A DNA stretch of 64,000 nucleotides from an uncultured bacterium. GTDB taxonomy: Bacteria; Verrucomicrobiota; Verrucomicrobiia; Verrucomicrobiales; DEV007. The DNA lies in assembly GCA_963977015.1 (NCBI GenBank), contig CAXBMO010000028.1, positions 20,326-84,325 of the forward strand. The letters run 5' to 3'. Positions within the stretch are counted from its first letter, which is position 1; every line of letters starts with the position of its first letter. The notes below the pieces were generated by a model. The model saw only the letters and a program-made list of their open reading frames with translations, was not told the origin of the DNA and ran no database searches. A program made the translations under genes and the position numbers. Below are positions 1-8,451 of this stretch, in pieces.

Positions 1-693
1 CGTCTTCTGACAGAAGTGAACCATTTTTTCGGTCGAGCACACTTCGTCAGCCAGCAGGCGAACCGCCATGGTGCATTCCGGGTGCGCAACGACTTTGGCG
101 TCGGGATACTGGTCCTTGATCCTGGCGATGCTGTCGCGGGTGAACTCGATGTGGACGTAACAGGCACCCCGCCACATGTCCATCTTCCGGCCGGTCTTGG
201 ATTGAACCCAGTTCCCGAGATTCTCGTCGGGAACAAAGAGAATGTTGCGGTCCTCAGGAACATTCTGAACAATCTGAATCGCGTTGCCACTCGTGCAGAT
301 CACGTCGCTCAGCGCCTTCACGCCTGCGCTGCTGTTGATGTAGCTGATCACGTAATAATTCTTCTTCGCCTGTTCGAAAAGGAACTGCTCCAGCTTCTGG
401 GCCGGGCAACTTTGCTCCAACGAGCATCCCGCGTCGCGATCCGGCAACACCACCGTTTTCTGCGGATTAATGATCTTGGCCGTCTCCGCCATGAAGTGAA
501 CGCCACAAAACGCGATCACCTCCTGATCCGCTTCCTTGGCCTTGAACGAAAGCCCCAGCGAATCCCCCACAAAGTCGGCGAGATCCTGGATCTCCGGAAT
601 TTGGTAATTGTGAGCCAGAATAATGGCATTCCGCTCTTTCTTGAGCTCCAGAATTTCTTCGCGCAGATCGACGCCGGCGGTAGGGGAATACAT
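1..693 (-). CDS. nadA: Quinolinate synthase (3' part runs off the window edge)
   Basis: Manual translation from ATG 693: MYSPTAGVDLREEILELKKERNAIILAHNYQIPEIQDLADFVGDSLGLS...FCGVHFMAETAKIINPQKTVVLPDRDAGCSL, containing the NadA motifs AHNYQ, GDSL and CGVHFMAE. Not in the ORF track because there is no stop inside the window. Confidence 0.95.
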   Translation of the reverse strand, partial: MYSPTAGVDLREEILELKKERNAIILAHNYQIPEIQDLADFVGDSLGLSFKAKEADQEVIAFCGVHFMAETAKIINPQKTVVLPDRDAGCSLEQSCPAQKLEQFLFEQAKKNYYVISYINSSAGVKALSDVICTSGNAIQIVQNVPEDRNILFVPDENLGNWVQSKTGRKMDMWRGACYVHIEFTRDSIARIKDQYPDAKVVAHPECTMAVRLLADEVCSTEKMVHFCQKT

Positions 694-896
694 CGTTTTC
701 AATAGGGTTGAAGAACAACTTAGAGTAGACCTCCCGAAAGATCTAATCGAAATCCAAACGTGTGGCAGGGCCGCGAAGGATCGGTTTGCAGTTCAACGAG
801 GGATGGGACCCGGGAAGCCTTGACGAATCCGCGAACGCGGTGTCGCGGCGGGGCTCGAAAGAGCTTCGGAATCAATTAGCGGCTGCACCGCGGTCC

Positions 897-1223
897 TCAT
901 TCCTCCAGATTGCGCAAGTCTTCCGCCAGTCGCTCGGAGAATTTCATCGCGTGATGGAGAACGGTGATGATCCCGATGCCGGTGGAAATCCTTTTGAAGA
1001 TGACGTAGTGCTTTTCATAGCGAGAAAGAAAGACCTCATCGCCTGCCATGTGCTCCGGCGGCAACTGCTTCCAGGGCAATGTCTCATCCGCCAGTCGAGC
1101 GAAATGGCTGTGAAGGCCGGTGATGTAGTCGACCGCCTGGTCGGTGCCCCACTTCGCAACGGTGTAATCCCAGATTTCGTCCTCCCGAATCTGGGCTTGA
1201 TGAGAGACCTTGTATTCAGCCGT
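897..1223 (-). CDS. parE: ParE/RelE-family toxin, predicted non-canonical ACG start
   Basis: The frame extends upstream of the track ORF: (ACG)AEYKVSHQAQIREDEIWDYTVAKWGTDQAVDYI...RYEKHYVIFK...IITVLHHAM. An in-frame TGA lies four codons upstream of the ACG, which overlaps the 3' end of parD. Confidence 0.8.
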   Translation of the reverse strand, partial: TAEYKVSHQAQIREDEIWDYTVAKWGTDQAVDYITGLHSHFARLADETLPWKQLPPEHMAGDEVFLSRYEKHYVIFKRISTGIGIITVLHHAMKFSERLAEDLRNLEE

Positions 1224-1467
1224 TTCCGCTGCTCATCCGGGCTTTCCCCCGCCGAATCACATCCTCGGCGGTTTCCGGGTGAAACTGTGATTCGTCGGCC
1301 TCAATTCCTGGGCGGAGTTGCTCGTAAAGCCAATCCCAGCCATGAGATTCGCGCTCCTTGTGATTGGCAATGAGTTGGACGACGAAATCCGAGCCCGTGG
1401 AGAATCCGTGCCGGCGTGCTTGTTCGCTGACGAATTCGTCGAGATCAGGAGTGAGGAGCAAATCCAT
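1216..1467 (-). CDS. parD: ParD-like ribbon-helix-helix antitoxin
   Basis: MDLLLTPDLDEFVSEQARRHGFSTGSDFVVQLI...; 83 aa, directly upstream of and overlapping parE. Confidence 0.8.
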   Translation of the reverse strand: MDLLLTPDLDEFVSEQARRHGFSTGSDFVVQLIANHKERESHGWDWLYEQLRPGIEADESQFHPETAEDVIRRGKARMSSGNG

Positions 1468-1785
1468 GAAGATTACCGTAGCAGTGGGAGGAGAGAATTC
1501 AAACTTGGGAAGCTTCGGCATGATTTCGACCTTGAAGAGTTACGACGAAATTCGCTGCCTTCGCCTTCATGATCCCCATGTCCTTCAAGGTTCAAAACCC
1601 AAAAGCCACGCTGCCTGCCCCGTCGCCTTCCGACACCGGCCCAGTGCGTCGAGTGCCAGCATTTCCAGGCAATCGGCCCCAACGCCTTCAAATGCTCCTC
1701 GCAATCGGAGGGATGCACGACTTGCGGGATTTGAAGCCGTTGAGGCAACCAAGTTTCGGGGCAGAGCGGGTTAGTTAGGAGGGCG

Positions 1786-2119
1786 TCAATCAACCCGATC
1801 TTCCAGGAATCCAGCCAATTGATCCTTGCTCGTTTCGTGAACGATCGAAAGGATGTCGATGCTGTCCGATTGGTTCTCCGTTGGAGCTAAGATCACATAG
1901 TGACGCTCGACGTGATTGGTAACGAATTTCTGCCGGAGCGGCTGCGAAAAACCGTGTGCAGGGATGAGTCGCGGCATTTCCGTCAGCGATTCGCTGGAAG
2001 GCGGCCTCCAAGTTGTCTTGATAGGTGTCCGCCTGTTCCGGTCCCCAAGTTCGGGCAATGTAAAGCCAGATTTCCTCCAAGCGTAGATCGGCTTCCTTGG
2101 TGCGTTGAAACTGCCCCGT
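1786..2119 (-). pseudogene. parE: Frameshifted ParE toxin
   Basis: N-terminal half (ACG)GQFQRTKEADLRLEEIWLYIARTWGPEQADTY is in the frame of ORF 1790..2215. C-terminal half HVERHYVI...IDILSIVHE is in the frame of ORF 1786..2058. One extra base near 1915-1920. Confidence 0.8.
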
Positions 2120-2132
2120 GCGGGTTGAGCTG

Positions 2133-2399
2133 CTAGGCGCTCTCGCGCTGCTCAGCCTCGAACTTGGCACGAGCCTCGCGCTTGATGTCGTCCAAAGAAC
2201 GATTGGAGAATTCACCCGCTTTAGCCTGACGGTAGCTTTCCATGATGCTGGTCTGGGCTTCAGCGGTAGCCAATGGGTGGAGCTGTGACTGAAAGACCTT
2301 CAGACTGGCCGCGACCAGGGCACCCGGTGAATCGAAGGCTCCGGAAGCGACCTGTTCGCCAACAAAGGACTCAAATCCCGCGGGGATGGTGACTTCCAT
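2133..2399 (-). CDS. parD: ParD-like antitoxin
   Basis: MEVTIPAGFESFVGEQVASGAFDSPGALVAASL matches the ParD pattern (FV..QV.SG.Y/F.S); lies upstream of a parE. Confidence 0.8.
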   Translation of the reverse strand: MEVTIPAGFESFVGEQVASGAFDSPGALVAASLKVFQSQLHPLATAEAQTSIMESYRQAKAGEFSNRSLDDIKREARAKFEAEQRESA

Positions 2400-2760
2400 G
2401 GGTTCATGGTACTGGGTATTGCAAGGATTTCAACCGCCCAATCCTCGTAGCGAGTTCCTCAGCCAAATTGGGAAACGATCATTCGGTCTCCGCACCACCC
2501 AGCTTCGCCAGCCAAGCCGCCTCCGCCTCCCGCCCTTGCTCTTTCGCCCTTCTTGGCCCCCTCGGAATTCTCCTGGACGCCTGGTGGATGAATCGCCGAA
2601 ATTCCGCCCAGAAGTAGGCCGGATTCGGGGTCGCAACCGGGATTCCGGCCATCCGGTGGCGAATCGCCAACCTCCGCAGGCCATCGTCCTTGCCTGGCAG
2701 CAGAGTGAAGCAGCAGTCACAGTCGGGTGTCGCGCAGGTAGCGAGACTGGAAATGCAGAA

Positions 2761-2856
2761 AATCCCAACGGGATTTCGCACGTCGAGCCCAGGGTTGGCG
2801 CAGCCTACCCTGGGGTCCCGGAAGCCAACCGAATCAATCCTGAAAGGATTGCGAAA
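2761..2856 (+). repeat. Tripartite REP-like palindromic element, left flank of the Y1 transposase
   Basis: Hairpins AATCCCAACGGGATT, CCCAGGGT..ACCCTGGG and CAATCCTGAAAGGATTG; inverted copy at 3347-3442. Confidence 0.85.
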
Positions 2857-2860
2857 CCGT

Positions 2861-3316
2861 TCAATCCCAAACGTATCGTTCATCGTATTCGACCCCGTGT
2901 TTCTCCAGAAATGCCCGAAATTCATCCTGAAACGATTGATTCCGATGCTGTTCGGCCTGGTTGGCGACGTATTGTTTCACCCGGGGAACGTTGGATTCCG
3001 ATACGGAAAAAACACCGTAGCCGGATTGCCAATGAAACTGCGACCACTCATCACCCCGATCCTTCAGCCAAAGACTCGATACGCGCTTGGTTTCCTTGAC
3101 GAATTCCGCGATAGAAATCGTGCGTTGCAATTCCGTCAGCAAATGGACATGATCGGCAACACCGCCAATTTTGATGGCTGGACAATCGAGATTGGCCGTC
3201 ACACTTGCGAGATAGGCCGCCACTTCCCGTTGGTGCTCGGCGGACGCGAAGAATGGGAATCTGTCCCTGGTCGAAAAGATGGTGTGAAGGTAGACTTTGG
3301 CGAGGGATTGCGGCAT
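2861..3316 (-). mobile_element. tnpA: IS200/IS605-family Y1 HUH transposase (REP-associated, RAYT-like)
   Basis: MPQSLAKVYLHTIFSTRDR..., HUH motif DHVHLL, WQSGYGVFSVS, catalytic Tyr in YVANQ; flanked by inverted REP elements. Confidence 0.9.
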
Positions 3317-3346
3317 GGCCCATCAATTTTGGAGGGTTGGGGACGA

Positions 3347-3442
3347 TTTCGCAATCCTTTCAGGATTGGTTCCTTTGGCGGTTGCTGACCCAGGGTAGGC
3401 TGCGCCAACCCTGGGCTCGACGTGCGGAATCCCGTTGGGATT
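3347..3442 (-). repeat. Tripartite REP-like element, right flank (inverted)
   Basis: Near reverse complement of 2761-2856. Confidence 0.85.
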
Positions 3443-3654
3443 CAAGACTGGAACTTGCCAGCCGGGACAGTGCAGCCCTCCAGTTCCTTGTGGAGCCAGT
3501 TGCCCCATTCGATGCGTTTCGGCGGAAGCGGCGATTGGGACTGGTCGCCTTCGCGGCGGACGCGGTTGTCCAGGTGGGAGTAGCTGATAAATGCGCGGTA
3601 GTGGCGCTTTTGGATGGAGGCGGATGTTGGCCTGGGTTCCTGCGAATCTGCCAT
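3442..3654 (-). pseudogene. Truncated TIR-domain gene (N-terminal fragment)
   Basis: YRAFISYSHLDN...WGNWLHKELE is a bacterial TIR N-terminal motif; the stop codon falls at the junction with the REP element. Confidence 0.7.
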
Positions 3655-3817
3655 TAATCTGGTCTTTCAGTTTTCGATCAACGCGAACGCCACCTGCGGA
3701 AACGAACTTCGCCCACGATAGGTTCGAAGCAGAATTCTGGGCCGAACGGACCCGGAAAGTCAACCTCGTTGGAACGGTTTGTCCCGACCGGAATCAGGTG
3801 GCGGGTTTCTCCAGGAT

Positions 3818-4825
3818 TCAGAACAACCCGGGATTCTTCATCTCAATGGCGCGTTTGCCCCGAGTGAACCCGTAGTAGAGAAAGGCGATGCCGATCCCGA
3901 TGAAGAAGAGGGAGTAAAATTGCCCTTTGGAGATGCCGGCAAGGTGTCCGGAATCGGCGTGGCGAAAGACTTCGCCGATGATGCGGAAGATGGCGTAGTT
4001 GATGAAAAAGAGGCCGGTGAGGATGCCGTAGGGCAGTTTCTTGAAGCGGATGCGCACCAGAAAGAGAATGACGAAGAGGAGGAGCCCTTCCATCAGGCCC
4101 TGATAAATTTGCGAAGGATAGCGAGGGTTGAGCGTTTCGCGCAGGACGTGCTCGACGGCGGGATCGGAACCAATCGCCGCCTGAATCGCATGGAAGCTGC
4201 CATACAGGTCGACCTGGCCATTGGGAAAGTAGGCTTTGTAGTCCGGAAGTTTGTCCAACACCGCTTGCCCGATGCTGTAGGGAAAGTCGCGCATTTCGTT
4301 GGGAAATTGCCACGCCCATTTGAACTGCGGAGCGGGTTTTCCGTAGAGTTCGCCGTTGATGAAGTTGGCCATTCGCCCGAAAAAGATGCCGAGCGGTGCG
4401 ACGGAAACCAGGTTGTCCCCGACCCCGGCCCAATTGTATTTCTTATGGCGGGCGTAAAAGAAGGTGAAAGCGACGAGGCCCAAAATGCCGCCGTGGCTGG
4501 CCATGCCGCCTTTCCAGATCTTGATGAACATCAGGGGATCTTCCTGGAGCTGGCCTTCGGGCAGGGCGTAGAGCAATACATAGCCCAGGCGGCCGCCGAG
4601 CATGACCCCGAGCAAGGCGGCGAGGGTGATGAAGTCGCTCGTTTCATCGGGTTTCAACTGACCATAGTCGCGTTTCGCGAGCCAGGTCATGAGGAGATAC
4701 GCCGCGACGAATCCCAGCACGTAGGCGAGCCCATACCAACGGATGGCAAAGCCCTCCGAAAATTGGACAATGATGGGATCGAGATTGTGAAGATGGTAGG
4801 CCAAAAGCACGGGCCCATGAGACAC
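3818..4825 (-). CDS. lgt: Prolipoprotein diacylglyceryl transferase
   Basis: IRWYGLAY, GGRLGYVL, GGMASHGG, GRMANFINGELYG and RYPSQIY motifs. Confidence 0.95.
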   Translation of the reverse strand: MSHGPVLLAYHLHNLDPIIVQFSEGFAIRWYGLAYVLGFVAAYLLMTWLAKRDYGQLKPDETSDFITLAALLGVMLGGRLGYVLLYALPEGQLQEDPLMFIKIWKGGMASHGGILGLVAFTFFYARHKKYNWAGVGDNLVSVAPLGIFFGRMANFINGELYGKPAPQFKWAWQFPNEMRDFPYSIGQAVLDKLPDYKAYFPNGQVDLYGSFHAIQAAIGSDPAVEHVLRETLNPRYPSQIYQGLMEGLLLFVILFLVRIRFKKLPYGILTGLFFINYAIFRIIGEVFRHADSGHLAGISKGQFYSLFFIGIGIAFLYYGFTRGKRAIEMKNPGLF

Positions 4826-4883
4826 GATTCGGTCAATCGAGGCAAACGAAAGAATCGTCGCTCAAATCAACCTCCCTCTCTTT

Positions 4884-5204
4884 TCAACCGGCGGCCGGCA
4901 GTTGGTCGAAGTTGAACGTGCAACATCCCAAATTGAGGATGTTTTCGTTTTCCTCCAGTTTCTGGCGAAATTCTTCGGCCAACGCGCATACCTTCGCTTT
5001 CCCGGCTTTTTCCATGACAATCAGCTCGGCCTCGCGCAGCACGCGCAGATGTTTCGAGACATTGTAGGTCGAAACGTTGAGGGATTCCGAGATCTCGCCA
5101 ACGCGCATCGAGTCATCCAGCAGGAGCTTCACAATCCGCAGTCGGGTATCATCCGCCAGGGCCTTGAGAAGATGGATCCAATCGTCTGTTGAAGTCGTCG
5201 ACAC
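4884..5204 (-). CDS. ArsR/SmtB-family transcriptional regulator
   Basis: LKALADDTRLRIV...VSKHLRVLREAELI winged HTH; C-terminal CC pair; GTG start inferred. Confidence 0.9.
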   Translation of the reverse strand: MSTTSTDDWIHLLKALADDTRLRIVKLLLDDSMRVGEISESLNVSTYNVSKHLRVLREAELIVMEKAGKAKVCALAEEFRQKLEENENILNLGCCTFNFDQLPAAG

Positions 5205-5250
5205 GCACCAACAAATACCCCGGGTCATCCTGCGAGCAAGAAGATTGAAA

Positions 5251-5655
5251 CTAGCCGGGCGTTTTCTTTTTGGGGGTGACAGTTCTGTCACCTTTGTCGA
5301 CAAAATCGACGATTTTCGCGAACGTTTTTAACCCAATTCCCTTCACCGTCACCAAATGCGCCGAGGAATCAAAGGGCCGGGCCGAGATGATCCGATCGGC
5401 CGTGGCCTCGCCAATTCGGGGTAAATTCATGAGATCCTCTTTGGTGCCACTCTTCACTAATCGGGTCAGTTTGCCCTTCTTGTAGGAACTCAGCTTTTGA
5501 GTTAGTTTTGTGGCTTCCGCGATTTCCGCTTGTTGCTCGGTCTCCGCCGCCGTCGGTTCGTTTTTCGCCGGTTGATCGGCCGCGGAGAGGGTCACAACTC
5601 CCAGGGCCAACAGGGCTACGATCTCCAACCTCATTCTTGCTCGCATCAGTTTCAT
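5251..5655 (-). CDS. Exported helix-hairpin-helix (ComEA-like) protein
   Basis: Signal peptide; LMNLPRIGEATADRII and VKGIG HhH motifs. Confidence 0.8.
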   Translation of the reverse strand: MKLMRARMRLEIVALLALGVVTLSAADQPAKNEPTAAETEQQAEIAEATKLTQKLSSYKKGKLTRLVKSGTKEDLMNLPRIGEATADRIISARPFDSSAHLVTVKGIGLKTFAKIVDFVDKGDRTVTPKKKTPG

Positions 5656-5675
5656 TTTTCGAATTGGAGGGTGAT

Positions 5676-6050
5676 CTATTCCACCGAAATCAACTCCCGA
5701 ATTTCCTCGAGGGTCCCAGCTCCCAAACCTTGCACTTCGAGAAGATCCTCCACCGCCCCATACGGCCTACCCTCGATAATGCGCGTGGCGAGAACACCGC
5801 CGATTTTCGGAAGTCCCTCCAACTCCGTTGCGGTAGCCTCATTCACATTGATGACGGGAACCGTTGTGTTCTTTGAGTTCGCAACCTCGGGCGGGGGATC
5901 CGAAACCGCCGCCAACGAATTGACCTCGATGACCGGCTCTGCCTTTGCGGACGCATCTTCCGACGCGTCCTCCTTCTGACAACTCAACGTCGCTCCAGCC
6001 AACAACACGGCCAAAACCCTGAATATCCTGCGGGAATACCTCCTATTCAT
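5676..6050 (-). CDS. ComEA-family HhH lipoprotein
   Basis: Lipobox-like TLSC; INVNEATATELEGLPKIGGVLATRII..RPYGAVEDLLEVQGLG. Confidence 0.85.
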   Translation of the reverse strand: MNRRYSRRIFRVLAVLLAGATLSCQKEDASEDASAKAEPVIEVNSLAAVSDPPPEVANSKNTTVPVINVNEATATELEGLPKIGGVLATRIIEGRPYGAVEDLLEVQGLGAGTLEEIRELISVE

Positions 6051-6229
6051 CCCAAACTTTTTAGAAAACCTTCCCAACAAAGCAAGCCTAAAACCTCGGG
6101 ACCCCAATATTTGCTCGGGATTTGTTGCCAATCCCGCTTCCGTTCGACGACTCCGACCGCTTTTGGCGATCACGCGGACTCCGCTTTTCCTTGTCGCCCT
6201 GGCTTCCTTCCCCAAGACTATCGTCATTC

Positions 6230-7504
6230 ATGAGCGATCCCTCCCGACGTCGAAGCCTGATTCTCGTTCTCGGTCCCGGTTTGATGCTGGCGGCAACCGG
6301 TGTCGGCGCAGGAGATTTGGCGGGCGGAGCCTTCGCCGGAATGAAGCTGGGGGTCGCGGTACTTTGGGCCGTCATCGTGGGGGCCTTCTTCAAGTTCGTC
6401 ATCACCGAAGGCCTGACACGCTGGCAATTGGCGACGGGAACCACCCTGCTCGAAGGCACGGTGCTTCGACTGGGCCGGGCCGTTCAGTGGGGATTCCTCA
6501 TTTATCTGTTGGTCTGGTCGTTCGGCGTCGGCACCTCCCTCATCAGCGCCTGCGGGGTTGCCGCCCATGCGCTGTTTCCCGTCTTCGAGGATCCGGCCCG
6601 GGCCAAGACCGTCTTCGGAATCATTCATTCACTGGCAGGGCTGGCTCTGGTCTGGGTCGGGAGTTTCCGATTTCTGGAACGCACCATGGCCGTCCTCGTG
6701 TCGGTGATGATTGCGGTCGTCCTTATAACCGGCGCCCTGATTGGCGCGGATTGGGGAGCGGTGATGCAGGGGCTTCTGGTCCCCAAAGTTCCGGATCAGG
6801 AAGGAGGCGTTGCCTGGACGCTGGCCTTGATGGGCGGCATCGGCGGAACGTTGACCGTTCTCTGCTATGGCTACTGGATCCGCGAGGAAAACCGAACCAG
6901 TTTTGAAGATCTGAAAACCTGCCGAGTCGATTTGGGAATCAGCTATTCGCTCATGGCGCTCTTCGGGATTGCGATGGTCATTATCGCGAGCGGAACGGTG
7001 TTGAGCGGCAAGGGCGCGACGCTGATCGTCGATCTCGCCGATCGTCTCGGGGAACGAATGGGCGGTCCAGCGCGGATGATTTTTCTGGGTGGAGCCTGGG
7101 CCGCGGTCTTCAGCAGCCTACTCGGCGTCTGGCAGGCGGTTCCCTATCTGTTTGCCGATTTCTGGCACCTCTTTCGCAGCAAACGGCTCGATCCGAAAAC
7201 GTTTGAACCCTATCACGTCGACACCAACGGCCAGGTTTACCGCGTTTACCTGGTGGCGTTGGCGATCGTTCCGATGTTGGGACTGGGCTACGATTTTCAG
7301 TTCGTGCAAAAGGTCAATTCCGTCTTTGGCGCGTTGGTCATGCCGATGGTCGCCCTTGCCCTGCTCATCCTCAATGGCAACGGATCCTGGGTCGGAGCCC
7401 AATTTCGGAACCGTTGGTGGACTGCGGCAACCCTCGTCACCATTCTCATCTTCTTCGCCTGGGTTGGAGGACCGAAGCTTGTCAACGTGTTCTCGGGAGG
7501 GTAG
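6230..7504 (+). CDS. NRAMP-like divalent metal transporter
   Basis: GPGLMLAATGVGAGDL motif and many hydrophobic segments. Confidence 0.85.
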   Translation: MSDPSRRRSLILVLGPGLMLAATGVGAGDLAGGAFAGMKLGVAVLWAVIVGAFFKFVITEGLTRWQLATGTTLLEGTVLRLGRAVQWGFLIYLLVWSFGVGTSLISACGVAAHALFPVFEDPARAKTVFGIIHSLAGLALVWVGSFRFLERTMAVLVSVMIAVVLITGALIGADWGAVMQGLLVPKVPDQEGGVAWTLALMGGIGGTLTVLCYGYWIREENRTSFEDLKTCRVDLGISYSLMALFGIAMVIIASGTVLSGKGATLIVDLADRLGERMGGPARMIFLGGAWAAVFSSLLGVWQAVPYLFADFWHLFRSKRLDPKTFEPYHVDTNGQVYRVYLVALAIVPMLGLGYDFQFVQKVNSVFGALVMPMVALALLILNGNGSWVGAQFRNRWWTAATLVTILIFFAWVGGPKLVNVFSGG

Positions 7505-7572
7505 TCGCCAACTTTGCTTGCGTCGTAAGTTCTCACGATCCACGACGCCAATTACGCAATCTCGAAGTGGAT

Positions 7573-7621
7573 AGTTGCCACCTCGCGCAACAAAACAGTT
7601 GCCAACTCGCGCAACTGTCAT
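7573..7621. promoter_or_regulatory. Tandem palindromic operator (2x GTTGC-N8-GCAAC) plus CTGTCAT upstream of pstS
   Basis: AGTTGCCACCTCGCGCAAC (7573-7591) and AGTTGCCAACTCGCGCAAC (7597-7615); CTGTCAT at 7615-7621. Confidence 0.55.
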
Positions 7622-7635
7622 CTACACAAGAACCA

Positions 7636-8451
7636 ATGCGTTTTTCCCGGCACGCCCAACTCCTTTTTCTCGCCACCCTCACTCTCGTTGGTTGCGAAGA
7701 GTCTGTACGGCAGAAGATCACCGTCACCGGCTCTTCAACCATCGCCCCACTCGTCGCGGAAATCGCCAAACGCTACGAGTCGGAGCATCCCGGGATTCGG
7801 ATTGACGTCCAGACAGGCGGCTCGTCGCGCGGCATCAATGATCCGGTGAAGGGACTCGCCGACATTGGCATGTCATCACGCGCGCTCAAGGAATCCGAAA
7901 TCGATGGCCGCGTTACCCACCTACTCGCGCGAGACGGCGTCGGCTTCATCATCCATGCATCCAATCCGGTCGAGGAACTCTCCGACGAGCAGATTCTGGG
8001 GATCTTTACCGGAACCCTCAACGATTGGGAGGAAGTCGGAGGCGTGGCTGGCGAAATTACCTCTGCCAATCGCGCCGATGGCCGCTCAGAACTGGAATTG
8101 ATCATGGAATTCTACGACCTGAAGCGGGCGGACTTCCAGGTGGATCTCATTTCCGGCGAAAACCAGCACGCCATCAAGACGGTGGCCGGGGATCCGAATG
8201 CGATCACCTACCTGTCGATTGGCGCTTCGGAGTTTGATATCGAAAATGGCGTTCCCATCAAATTGCTTCCGCTTCGTGGGGTCGCGGCTTCCAGCGAAAC
8301 GGTCGCGTCGGGTCAGTTCCCGTTGGGGCGTCCGCTCCTTCTGGTCACGGCGCCTGAGCCCGCACCTCACATTGCCGCCTTCATCGAGTTTGCGCGTTCC
8401 TCCGAGGTTCATGATTTGGTGAAGCAACAATCTTATGTCCCGGTACAGTAA
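7636..8451 (+). CDS. pstS: Phosphate ABC transporter substrate-binding lipoprotein
   Basis: LVGC lipobox; TGSSTIAPL, GGSSRGI and DIGMSSR motifs. Confidence 0.9.
   Translation: MRFSRHAQLLFLATLTLVGCEESVRQKITVTGSSTIAPLVAEIAKRYESEHPGIRIDVQTGGSSRGINDPVKGLADIGMSSRALKESEIDGRVTHLLARDGVGFIIHASNPVEELSDEQILGIFTGTLNDWEEVGGVAGEITSANRADGRSELELIMEFYDLKRADFQVDLISGENQHAIKTVAGDPNAITYLSIGASEFDIENGVPIKLLPLRGVAASSETVASGQFPLGRPLLLVTAPEPAPHIAAFIEFARSSEVHDLVKQQSYVPVQ

Noticed and set aside
16-705. 229-aa plus-strand ORF, and other long antisense ORFs such as 16361..18454, 35769..37319 and 49106..50698
   Set aside because: Shadow frames of real opposite-strand genes (nadA, the msbA-like exporter, adk/fmt, the PSD1 protein) in GC-rich DNA.
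1473-1793. 106-aa ORF between the two ParDE modules
   Set aside because: No recognisable motif; likely non-coding or decayed sequence.
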